Shown in pieces: positions 1 through 11,000 of a stretch of DNA of 64,000 nt. The translations under genes and the position numbers were made by a program. Within the stretch, counting starts at the first letter, position 1. Each line of letters begins with the position of its first letter. The stretch covers positions 20,063,101 through 20,127,100 of the forward strand of contig NC_134025.1 in NCBI RefSeq assembly GCF_964204645.1. The letters run 5' to 3'. The stretch comes from Tubulanus polymorphus. Taxonomy: Eukaryota > Animalia > Nemertea. The notes under the pieces are model-generated. The model had not been told where the DNA came from. It searched no databases and was given only the letters and a program-made list of their open reading frames with translations.

Positions 1-45
1 ATAAAATTACGTCGATTTAATTACATTAACGTTTCAAAGTTCCTT

Positions 46-2387
46 TCAATAAACTTCACTGTCAGCAGAGTCAGCCTGTGTCAGCAGATCCTCCAACATC
101 TCTTTTTCATGGTGGTGCATCCTACACATAATTTTATTGGCATCGGACATCTCGGTGGTATCATAGAAATTCACTGTATATGCGTCGAATGTGCATCTGC
201 TCCTTTTCACAAATGTGTTATCTTCTGTTAATGTGGTCTGGTGTGGCTTGAAAAAATATGTGGTGTCTTTTCCTCCTCTAGTACTCTTTAGAATCTTAAC
301 AGTACCAAAGCCTTCTCGCTGTAGATCTTCGAGAGACGCTGAAAAATAGTTACAGTAACTTTCGTAAAGGACGTAAATTGACAAAGTAGAGTCTCTGTAA
401 TAACAATATTTTTTTCATAATTGCGATGATATGAAATTATGATGAATCTAAAGAGCCATACTTTCAGCTAATGTGCATGGCAGTGCAACCATGCCCGAGT
501 TTTTTCTGGAGATTCCTGATGGTTGTAGCCAGTGACGATGTTCTGAAAATCGCAGTCAGTAGTTTATCTGCGAATGACTTCGGAGCTGGTCCTTTACGCA
601 CTGGTGCGATCACTTGGTAATCCTGGGTAGCCTATGAATATAAGTTATGATCATCACTAATTATCAATACAGCGTCGATTAGCTCCGCATGCTCATTTTT
701 TGAATTGGAAGTAATTGATATAAGTTAACCATATAAGTTAACTATGACTCCAAGTCGAATAACGAGCGTTGATAAGCATTGATATTGACATCTGCGAATG
801 ACTTCGGAGCTGGTCCTTTACACACTGGTGCGATCACTTGGTAATCCTGGGTAGCCTATGAATATAAGTTATGATCATCACTAATTATCAATACAGCGTC
901 GATTAGCTCCGCTTGCTCATTTTTTGAATTGGAAGTAATTGATATAAGTTAACCATATAAGTTAACCATGACTCCAAGTCGAATAACAAGCGTTGATAAG
1001 CATTAATATTGACATCTGACAATTCTTTTGATTCAATTACTTAAACGTGGAAAGGATAATAAAAATAGGTATCAGATTTCTCAAGAAATTGAAGGATGTA
1101 TCTATATTCATGCGCTTCTTAATATTCAATGAATGTCTCTGGACCCTGGACTGTTCATTTTCATGCAATAAGTATAACTTACCTGCAGAAAAATCGGTTT
1201 TTGCACAGCCATTGTATGATATAGTTGTCTGGCTGCGTTCATACTATTTACAGCAATTACCCTCTCAAATTGGACATCATCTTGGCTCACATGAAACCGG
1301 ATAAAAAACTGCAATACATGGATGACTGCACTCAGACGTAAGATGTGAACCGTATCCTTGGATGATACCATTGGCACAACAGGCACAGTGGCCTCATCCG
1401 TTTCATCTACGAAATGTAAAACCGTGAAGTATTGCATTTGATTCTTATGACAAGGAAAAAGATTCACAAGTGTTTGAGATTATTTAAGCCTACCTTGTGA
1501 TGATCCTGATTCATAAAGGGCATTAATGTACGTCGCGAAATCATTTCTAATGCTGTCAAATTGTTTCTCAGCGATTTCATTGAGCTTCAATATTTCGCCG
1601 CCCTTGAATCTTTCGAGTTTAGATCTAGATAGTTGATCTATGTCTTTTAAATTGCTTTCCTGTAGAAATTCATAACTTACATGGCATTCGTCGACCGAGT
1701 TTATGTGAGATTTCGAGGCGACACATAAAAAGCGATCCCAAAAGCCATCGCCAGTCAAAAACACATCTTGTATTAGGCCTAATGGACCCGGTTGTATAAA
1801 TAGCGCAAAACAAAGTCCAGTTTTTGAAAAACCTCGCTCTCCAGAAGATAGACACGATGAATCTCCAGTTCCTCCCCAAACTTTATTAAGACATGATCGT
1901 TCTGCTTCACCCTTGTTCTGTTTTTGTAATTAGTAATTTTTACACCCTCGTCGGCTACTACAATTCCATAACCATTTGTTTTCTTCTGCTCGTTCTGGAT
2001 GCCTGCACTCGTATATCTCTCCAACAGAAACAGTGCATTGTCACCTCATATCTCTTTGAAGACATGACCTGCTGATCTGAAAACTTGATCATAAACTCGC
2101 AACTTCCCACCCTCACTCTCACAAACGCATAGAAGGAAGGTATTCATGGATGTCTTGATATCCCCGTCATTCGTCTCCACTACGGTATTATGTCCCATGA
2201 GACTGGCAACTGCACATGCTATCGCTCCAAATGTAATGTCAAGGGGCGAGTTTTTTGCCTTTGAGAATTCCACTATCCACGTATAAACATCTGGATCTAG
2301 GAGCTCAAAAAGATGTAACTTCTGTTTGAATGCTGCTTTGTACACCTTTCGTACAATCTGTTGCGCAAGTTTTACGCGCTCACGCAT
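46..2387 (-). pseudogene. Decayed spliced DUF3987/YfjI-like P-loop ATPase gene (exons ~2387-1494, 1406-1183, 631-~461, 338-46)
   Basis: Successive ORF pieces give a Walker A-like NTFLLCVCESEGGK, a Walker B-like IVVADEG, the DGFWDRFL motif, ILRLSAVIHVL and a C-terminal GFGTVK...TYFFKP. GT-AG junctions occur at 1493/1407, 1182/632 and ~460/339. Several frameshifts and a stop disrupt the frame. Confidence 0.6.
567..1018. repeat. Tandem duplication, 224-bp period, 2 copies
   Basis: TCTGCGAATGACTTCGGAGCTGG starts at 567 and again at 791, with only a few substitutions between copies. Confidence 0.95.
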
Positions 2388-3207
2388 TATTAATCGGTTG
2401 TTCGAGGAGCGATGTAAAAAGATGTTGATAAGAGTAGCACTTTAGGCTAGTCGGATTCAAAAGTGCCAACGCCAACACAAGAAGCACTGCGAAACAGACA
2501 TCATTGTTTCGTGATCCATAGCAACAATCTCTCCATGAACCGGGGACGAAGTCCGGTCCTACGGACTTCATATTCAAATAATTTGCGCAATGCGGAAACC
2601 TTAACGATTGCGGCAAATTGAGAATTCCACTTCTATATCGCAAGCAAGGATTCGCAGGTGTCGCTAATAGCTACTTGTTACAGAGTCTTTTTATTCAATT
2701 TCTCTCTTACATTTCAATGAATGAAATTCGTATGAACTGGATAATTTACATATCTCTGAATAAAACAAACCAAAAACTAAGCCTCATATTCTGATTTTTC
2801 AAAATTGACGGCTAATACAGTAAGTTGAATTTATTGTTACAATCCGTTACTAAGTGACAGAACATGATGTTTAATTTCTGAAAGCCAACGTATCTCTACG
2901 CAACGGTACAGAAATCGGCTCCAAGAAATCTGCCGCACAAAATGGAGGATAGTTTTGATCATCAGCCTCGCAATTCAAGCACTGATCTACAGAAGGTGGA
3001 CGACGTGACCATGATTTCTTTTGTAAAGAAAGTTGTGTCTTCCGAAAAGCAATGCATTGGACTCCTCTGAAAAAGGAAAGTGCTACGTCCCCAGGAGTTT
3101 TAATGTGAGAAAAAGCCAATAAGTTTAGTAAATAGCAAGGGAACAGACGGCGAAATTTGGAGATGCCCAGACTGCACCTCAAAGAAATCAATTAGGACTG
3201 GATCAAT

Positions 3208-3710
3208 TTTTAGGCCAGCCGTAGGCTGAGCCTATAACTATACAAATGGAGCGAATTTAAATGACATGGTTTCCAGAGCAAAGGCTCTTTTACTGTGCAA
3301 CTGAGCATATATTCATACAAATCATTCATTAAAGCATTATCCATTCTCCAAACTCTACGTAGCTGAATTTTGAAAGAGTGCCTCGTTAAAATTTATATGA
3401 GCTTTTACGCGAATATCTGATCGCAAAAATATTGGTTTTGAAAAGCCAATCGGAAAGCAAAGACTCCTCTATGATTGGCTTAGCCGCAGAAATCAGCAGG
3501 TGTTCACGTGAACCTGCGGTATGGTCTACCGTTTTACTTCTGGGTTTTATTTTAAGATCTAAAATTGTATTTCAAGATCGTTTTCTGTGAAAGCTTTAGT
3601 TGATTTGGTTTTTGGGAGGAATATTTTCATTAGCACTACGGAAAATATCATTGACCATTGTGCAAAGTCTGGGAAAATAGCTTTTTCTTAAATCGGATAG
3701 ATGACCTTGA
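3208..3710. mobile_element. Non-autonomous interspersed element (Helitron/Helentron-like), family shared with 34815-36058
   Basis: The start TAGGCCAGCCGTAGGCTGAGCCTAT...ATACAAATGGAGCGAATTTAAATGACATGG recurs at ~34817; 3487-3700 matches ~35830-36050. Confidence 0.6.
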
Positions 3711-4534
3711 TATGCTAATTAGCCATGTGCTCAAACTACAAATTCAATCAAATTGTATTCCGCAAAAAATATCAAATCCAATTCAATTTTACTTTTTTGA
3801 ACAAATAAAATCATCAAATCTAATTCAATTTTGTTTTATTGAGCAAATTTCAAAAAATTTGATTATTATTTATTTAATCTATTTTACTATTACTATTGGT
3901 AGGTCTATTGGTACTATTGGTACTGGTACTGAGTACCAATTTGTTCCGAATTACTGTACTACGGGTCGACAATGTTGTCGTTAATATTCGTTCCGCATTT
4001 CACTAGATACGAGACGATTTACACAATATAAGTGACGAGTATAGATCTGATTCCAGTTCAGACAGTGAGAGTGGCCGATATCTAATTCCTGAATGTCCTC
4101 CTTTTGTGGATAAAAAATACATCATGTCACATAAGCCTTTTTGTCCTATAGGGCCTACTGTTAACATTATTTACTGTTAACATCGACCATATGGGACCAA
4201 GATAAATTAATTCGTTAGCAATCAAGAAATTACTGGAATAATTTGTTTACGCTTGATTTATCCTCCATATCCATTAAAATTAATTCTGGTGGGACAGTTC
4301 CGGTGCACTCAATGGCCTTTTGAAAATGAGCCTAAAAGTGATTCAAAAATTACTCTTTGGTTTTATTATCATTCATCCAATCTTTAAGAATAACGGAATA
4401 GAGAACGCACTCAAACAAAAAAATGTTGAAATTTGAAACAAATCTATGTCTATTAGGCCTATAGCCTAAACTACGGCTAAATCGCGAAGTATTACTGCAA
4501 ATATGTGAGCGTTGCAGCCATTTCCAAATCTGTA

Positions 4535-5010
4535 TCAATAAGCGAACTCATCTATTATTTTGGGAATCTTTTCATGTCTCACTCCCTTCATTCTTTTGAT
4601 TCTTCCTTTTATTTGTCCCCACATTCCTTCAACTGAGTTAGTATGTGTTCCATCTGGTGCTTTGAACTCTTTTGAATGGTTTACAGTGCTATGATGGTAG
4701 CCTTCTTGCTCCAAACAGTGATAGGAACTCCACATGGGATATGCACATGGTCATGGACTACAATCCCCTATATTTCAGTTGATCCGCCTATATTTACGCC
4801 AATCGGTACAACATAAAATATCTTCCAAGTTCTATATTTACGCCAATCTATACGACGTAAAATATCATCCAGTTCTATATTTACGCCAATCTGTTCGACG
4901 TAAAATGCAATGACGTAAAATATCATCCAGTTCTATATTTACACCAATCTGTACGAAGTAAAATGCAATGACGTAAAATGTCATCCAGTTCTATATTTAC
5001 GCCAACATAC
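4535..5010 (-). mobile_element. Merlin/IS1595-family transposase fragment with adjacent tandem subterminal-type repeats
   Basis: WSSYHCL..GYHHSTVNHSKEFKAPDGTHTNSVEGMWGQIK matches the IS1595/ISXO2 DDE C-terminus; CTATATTTACGCCAATC units repeat at 4788-5005. Confidence 0.75.
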
Positions 5011-5547
5011 AATGCAAAATGCCCATGTTTTCTAACGTCAATTCTCCACAGTAAAAAGCCCTTAAATTTGTGCCACCATGATTTGGAATATAAAACAATG
5101 AAACAATCACAACTTCAAAATGAAAATGTTTTTATTAAAATATAGTAAATTCAATTATAAAAATTGTTCCTTATTACAAATGCAAAATATACTTTAAAAT
5201 ACTTAAAATAGTTATACATTTCTGCCAAAGATTTCATGCATATAATATGAGGTAAAATGTGAAAGGAATGAGGGTAACAAAATTCTTATTTACAAACATA
5301 AGTATTAAAATTTCCAATTTTAGATGCAATTATACAAGGTACAAAGTTTTTGATTGAAATAGTTTTTTGTTTCTAATAACAAATGCAAACAATATTTGAG
5401 TGGTAGAAATGAAGGTACAAAATTCAATATTTCCTAAGTGACAGCAGTGTGAGAACAGATTGAGGTATTAATCTAGCTGTTTATTCAAATTTACATGAAA
5501 AATTGAAGGTAAGCTATATAAAAAAGAAAACAAATTCAACAGCGATA

Positions 5548-5723
5548 TAGTCAACCCTCGATATACCGCCCACATCGGTGCAGAGCGATTTTGGCAGTAT
5601 AGAGAGTATGGCAGTATATTGGTGGTGTTTTACTATGTAGTTGTATAGAGATGTAAATTGAGAAAACCTGGCAGTAGGCGGGGGAGGTGGTATATGGGAG
5701 GGCGGTTTATCGGGAATTGACTG
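5548..5723. mobile_element. Tc1/mariner (pogo-like) MITE
   Basis: Imperfect TIRs AGTCAACCCTCGATATACCGCC / GGCGGTTTATCGGGAATTGACTG with TA flanks. Confidence 0.6.
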
Positions 5724-6154
5724 TATTTACAATCAAACAATTACAGCAGCGTGACACATGAAGACATTAATCCAGCAGTTTATCAATATTTACAAAATTT
5801 ATCTAGAAGTACATAAAGCAATGAAAGTACGATTGCACAGTTGCGAAGTTAAAACACATCTAATTTTTTAAATTTTTATTCAAATTTTCATGGAAAATTG
5901 AAGGTAGGTAAGCTACATAAAGAAACAAATTTCAACATCGATATCCTTACAATCAAACAATTACAGCAGTGTGACACATGAAGACATTAATCTAGCAGTT
6001 CATCAATATTTACAAAAATATCAAAAAGTCCATATAATATGAGGTACAAATAATGTAAGGAATATATATAAATACTCGCACAGTTTCCAAGATTAAAATG
6101 AAAACACAATATGTGCTTGAGAAATGTCGCTAATACAAATCTTAATCAACGCTG

Positions 6155-6660
6155 ATATAACAACTGCGACAAATTCAGACCTTCGATTTTGGCGCAGTCT
6201 TTAAACTGGCACACTTGAAATGGTACCATTCTAAACAAGAATCACATATAATGGAGGAATCATCATCAAATGGACGGTAGCAATTAGAACATGTGCACTC
6301 TCCCTTTTTCTTTACTTTTTTGGTTTACCTTTGTCAGCAGTATGAGCTTGGCATTGAGCCAATTCATGTAAAATCGCGGTACGCTTTTTTATGTGAGCAT
6401 TTTTTTCATTGGTTCTCGGGTTAAACGACGTATAATCGATGCGATTGAAGACATGACGAACCTCTGTCGATGATATGGTCAACTTTGTTAAAATTCGACG
6501 AAAAACTGTTTTTGGTGGGAAAATTCTTAGCTCTTGCGTATAAAATTGCAATGACCTCAATTGGGGGCGTCGTCTCTACGAGCGAATGTGATTGGCTGTT
6601 TTTGTGATGTATGGGGAATTCCGGCGCTACTAAAATAATTATGGGAAAGCCATTCATGGC
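6155..6660 (-). mobile_element. Degraded integrase C-terminus plus PHD finger (Ginger-like DNA transposon fragment)
   Basis: The minus strand reads CSNCYRPFDDDSSIICDSCLEWYHFKCASLKTAPKSKV*ICRSC (C4HC3 PHD with an in-frame stop), preceded by an integrase-like H.S...TP...LY.R...P segment. Confidence 0.5.
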
Positions 6661-7872
6661 GAACGTTTCATTGGACTAGGTGCCGTATATGTGTTAATCT
6701 TAAATGCTCATTGCTGGTGAGAATATAATTATTTCACATATCGCCATACGTATTGTTTCGTTTTAATCGCCGGTGATTGTGTTGATAGAGATCGAAGTGA
6801 AGCGAACGTTCACTACACAAGGCCTCCACGTGTGTGCGGGACGCTAACACTAGACTGTTGCACACACAAACACACGCTTATACACACTACTATATGGCGG
6901 TACTGTTACCCTGCTTGGTGCGTGCACGTTTGGTATGATAACAGGCTGAATAATCGTCGTAGCAGAAGATGAGCGCTTGTTTTCCGTTTGATAGAATTTG
7001 TAATAAATTTTAATTTCTTGTGACTTGAAAATACTAAGCAGCAAACTATAGGTATAGGTCGAGGTCTGAATATTGTAGTGGTAAATTCCAGGATTTAAAA
7101 CGATCTAATACTTCGTCCCGGTGTTTTAGCTTCCGCGGCCATACATTGGAAGAGGTTTCGTTTCCAAGACTCAATATTCAGCCACCTTCTGATATGTGAC
7201 ATCATATGAATTTTATTTGAACATTTTTTCATATTGTGGAAAATATTTTTTTGAAAATATAAAATAGTTTCCAATGCCACACCTACCTGTACCCTACGAA
7301 ATTTTGGGCGTAGACCATAAAGAAATGTTTATCTTTCGTCTTATTTGACTACAAAATAATTCTTTAAGAAAGATAAAACACAATATAAACTTCTAGAACT
7401 TTGAAGTCACGAATTAAAAAGATTTTTCAAGCAATGCTCTTACTCCAAACAACCTCTAGCTTTCAAGATAAACAACCCATGGGCAATTTATTTGGGATAT
7501 TTCGCTTAATTTTAGGTAGGTGGAGAGCACTGCTGACCAGCTGGACTGTGCGTACCTGCACAGCGAGCCAAGCACAAAGCAGCAGGCCTGTTTTTAGTAC
7601 AGTTATTGTCAAAACGATTAAAATTAGACTCCCAAGCCACTACTGGACATTCATCAAAGAAACTTCTGCCCTCGTTTGAATATTCTGTGGCGGTTCCTCA
7701 AATTAATTGGCCCTGATAAACACCAGCACTTCCCCTGCAATATAAATAGAAACCGAGTTGGAATAGTGTATAGGAAAAAGTTGCTTACAAAACCACCAAA
7801 TCAACAGTGAACTGAGATATAGGCCTACAGTCAACATTTGTCTATCATATTTTTATCTTCTTGTCTTGATAG

Positions 7873-8024
7873 ATGGCAGATAAGGCCAAGGTTTTTAAGA
7901 GATGTCTCCAAACGTGATATCAGTACAACAGTTCAAGGCTGTCATATCGATTTTCCAGTATGTATTTCGCCGACTGCGATGCAGAGAATGGCTCATCCCG
8001 ATGGGGAAATTGCTACTGCAAAAG
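7873..8024 (+). CDS. HAO1: HAO exon 2
   Basis: ag|ATGGCAG...AAAG|gtac; encodes [13 protein letters not shown]...[10 protein letters not shown]. Confidence 0.93.
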
Positions 8025-11000
8025 GTACTAATAAGTAGTGGTGGTACAGGCGTGTTGGAAGTTATATTGATTATCGCGGTCAATTACTTCAATTTCGTCA
8101 AAAACATGATATTCAACGGAAAAAAATTCATTCAGTAAATAATTGCCGCAGCTTTCACTGTGCTGCTGGTAGATTCATGATTAGACATTAATTACAAATG
8201 TACTTGCATAAATACTAGAATCATCGTACTAAGCATCGTATTTGATCGTACTGAATTGTTATTAAACTACGAGCCTTGGTAGACTGAATGATTGTAAGAC
8301 TTTTCTTGTGACACGGAAATTGATTACGTCCAATATACGAGAGAAATCCCAAAATAATTCAGCGAAATGTGTGAAGTTTCGGCTATAGACTATTAGCCAA
8401 CATCACGCCTGATGATGGAAATTAGTCTTTCACCAACCGTTGCTCAAAATAAAGCTCTTTCACTCAAGAACTTTAGCACATCTTTGGCTGATTAATTGTT
8501 GGATTCTTACACGAATATTGTATTGTGTATCATCTCAATTTTAAGTCCAAAATGTTAATTTCAATTTGTTTGAAAAGCTGCGTCGATAAACTACTTTTGT
8601 ACTTACTACTTTTACCATATGACTCGTACTTGACAAAGCGCTTGGAAATATAAACCTCCGTGTAGTTTTGTTCAACTGTCGATTTTCTTTATTCGTAGCT
8701 GCTGCTGGGATGAATATAGTTTTCACGCTGAGTACAATCGCTACATCGAGTATTGAGGAAGTCGCTCGAGGTCAAGGTCCGAATGGTGCGCGATGGTTTC
8801 AACTGTACATTTACAAAGACAGAGACATCACGAAGCAACTTGTGCGACGAGCGGAAAAGGCAGGATTCAAGGCTTTGGCGTTAACGATCGATACACCCAT
8901 GTTCGGCAAGAGACTCATAGATACGAGAAATCGATTCAAGTTGCCGCCGCATCTAAAGTATGTAGGCTCAAACTAGGCCTATGATACTTTTCACAAATTG
9001 TGTCCATAAGTTGTTTTTTTTTCAGAATTAAGTGAACTATTAAATATTAGGCATCTTATGGAAAATATTTGAATATTTTGGTTGATTAAGCCAGGTCCAT
9101 GTTGATAGGTAATCTTAAACACTACTGTGACTATCAATCGAAAAATGGCTGGCGGTTGAGTTGTAGTAATGTACAGTTGCCTGGTGCGCAGGTAAAGATT
9201 CTGCTCCAGGGAGAATGTTAACGAATCATAGTTTTAACGCACTTAAGTAATTCATTATTTTTACGTATTGTAGGATGGCAAACTTTGAGGCTCTTGATAG
9301 GAAAGGTTTCAGAATGAATGTCTCAAAAAAGGGCTCTGGGTTGAATGAATATGCAAATGAACTGTTTGATCCGTCATTGACTTGGGATGATGTTAAATGG
9401 TTGAAATCGTTTACACATCTGCCAGTTATTGTTAAAGGAGTATTAACAGGTAAGTTAAGTGGGCCAAGTGAGAACAAATAATTACTGGTTATCGACTTAT
9501 GTATGCAATTTAAGGTTGGCTTATGTCAACAGCAAACGCGATGCCTACCGACTCCTACCAACGCAACTGAGAGCAATCGCGATCGCGGCCCAGCTTATGT
9601 TGACTGCGCTCCGATTCGCAACAACTGAGGCTGACTAGCGGGATATGAGATCCTCCCAGTTGCTTCCCTGCTTATGTCGGTTGCGATAACTAGCAACTGC
9701 AACGGCTCAAATGGTCACGTGATAAGCACTTTGAGAATAAATTTGAATTATTAGGAAATATATTTCTATTAGAAAAGCTATTTCTTTATGACTTTGATCT
9801 TTCTGATTCTGTTTTGAATGCAACGTGCTAGCGACATCTATAAAGATGGCCGCTCACACCATAATTCTACCAATTTCGTTTCTAGATCTTCGGTCCAGTC
9901 CTCTGCCGTGCTGAAGATTTGGTTACGTTTTGAACTACTTGAATTTGAAAGTTTATGACTAATTACGAATGACACTAACTAGCGGTGATAATTTGTACTA
10001 TGCGGTCTCTCATTGCCAGCGCTCAGTTCCGTCGCGTCGCAGATGAGCTTATGTCGGCTGCGATCGAAAGCAACTGCCCGCCTACCGTAGGCCGGTGTAG
10101 AACATTGGCAACTAGCCGGATACGGCTTGCGACGAGTCGGTAGGCGTCGCGTTGCTGTCGCAAGCCGGCTTATGTCGAACCGATTGAGGGGCAACTGGCA
10201 GCCTCTCGTAGGCCGCTAGTTGTCGCTAATCGGCGATAAACCCAGTTGCGTCGGTAGGCGTCGCGTTGCTTGTCGACATAAGCCAGCCTTTAGTAGCACA
10301 GTAGCAGTTGAGGATTCTGTCTGGTTGCTAGTAGTTACTTGATTACTGCACTTTGATTTCTCTTACATTTTGATTAAGCCAACCATCTGAACCGATTGAA
10401 TCAATTATCAATGAAAGCTTCAACAAATACAGATTATACAAATACAGATTATTTTTTTCTGGTGTGGCTCCTATGATGGTATTTTGATACCAGGGGTAAA
10501 AAGTCTTGTTAGAATTTGAAGAAAACTAGTTAGACTTACATAAACCTATGTAAAACTGACAGTTTGTTGTGCCATAGAGCCTGCCAATATCATATTAAAT
10601 AGAGATGCTAGATGCACAATTGAACCTTTCAGGAAAAAGTAGCTGCTTCAAGTTCGACCAATACTCCCTTTAATATGACCATCAATTAATCTACACGAGA
10701 TTGATTATGGTTTTGGCTTCGAATCAAAGAGAGCCATCTTTTTAAATGGTTCTTACAGGGTTTTAACAAGTCTGATATAGTTTCAAAAGCGCTTACTTAT
10801 TCGAGAAATTTGTTAAGGTCCTTACAACCCTAGTATTTGCATTTCAGACAACGTTTATTTATTATTCAACTAAATGTCTTCGCTGAAAAAATCCTTCAGG
10901 ACTATCCTTAAAAGACATTCACACAAAATATGCAAAATTTTGACCCCCTCCTCCCATATCCACAGAAAGTCCACATCGGACTTCACTTTGCCCAAGCAGC

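Noticed and set aside
4785-5010. Short repeats with variable spacing, superficially CRISPR-like
   Set aside because: The spacers are themselves repetitive, the context is eukaryotic and there are no cas genes; better explained as transposon subterminal repeats.
7510-7740. GC-richer block that might be HAO exon 1 or a SINE
   Set aside because: I found no HAO N-terminal motif and no clear Pol III boxes; left unassigned.
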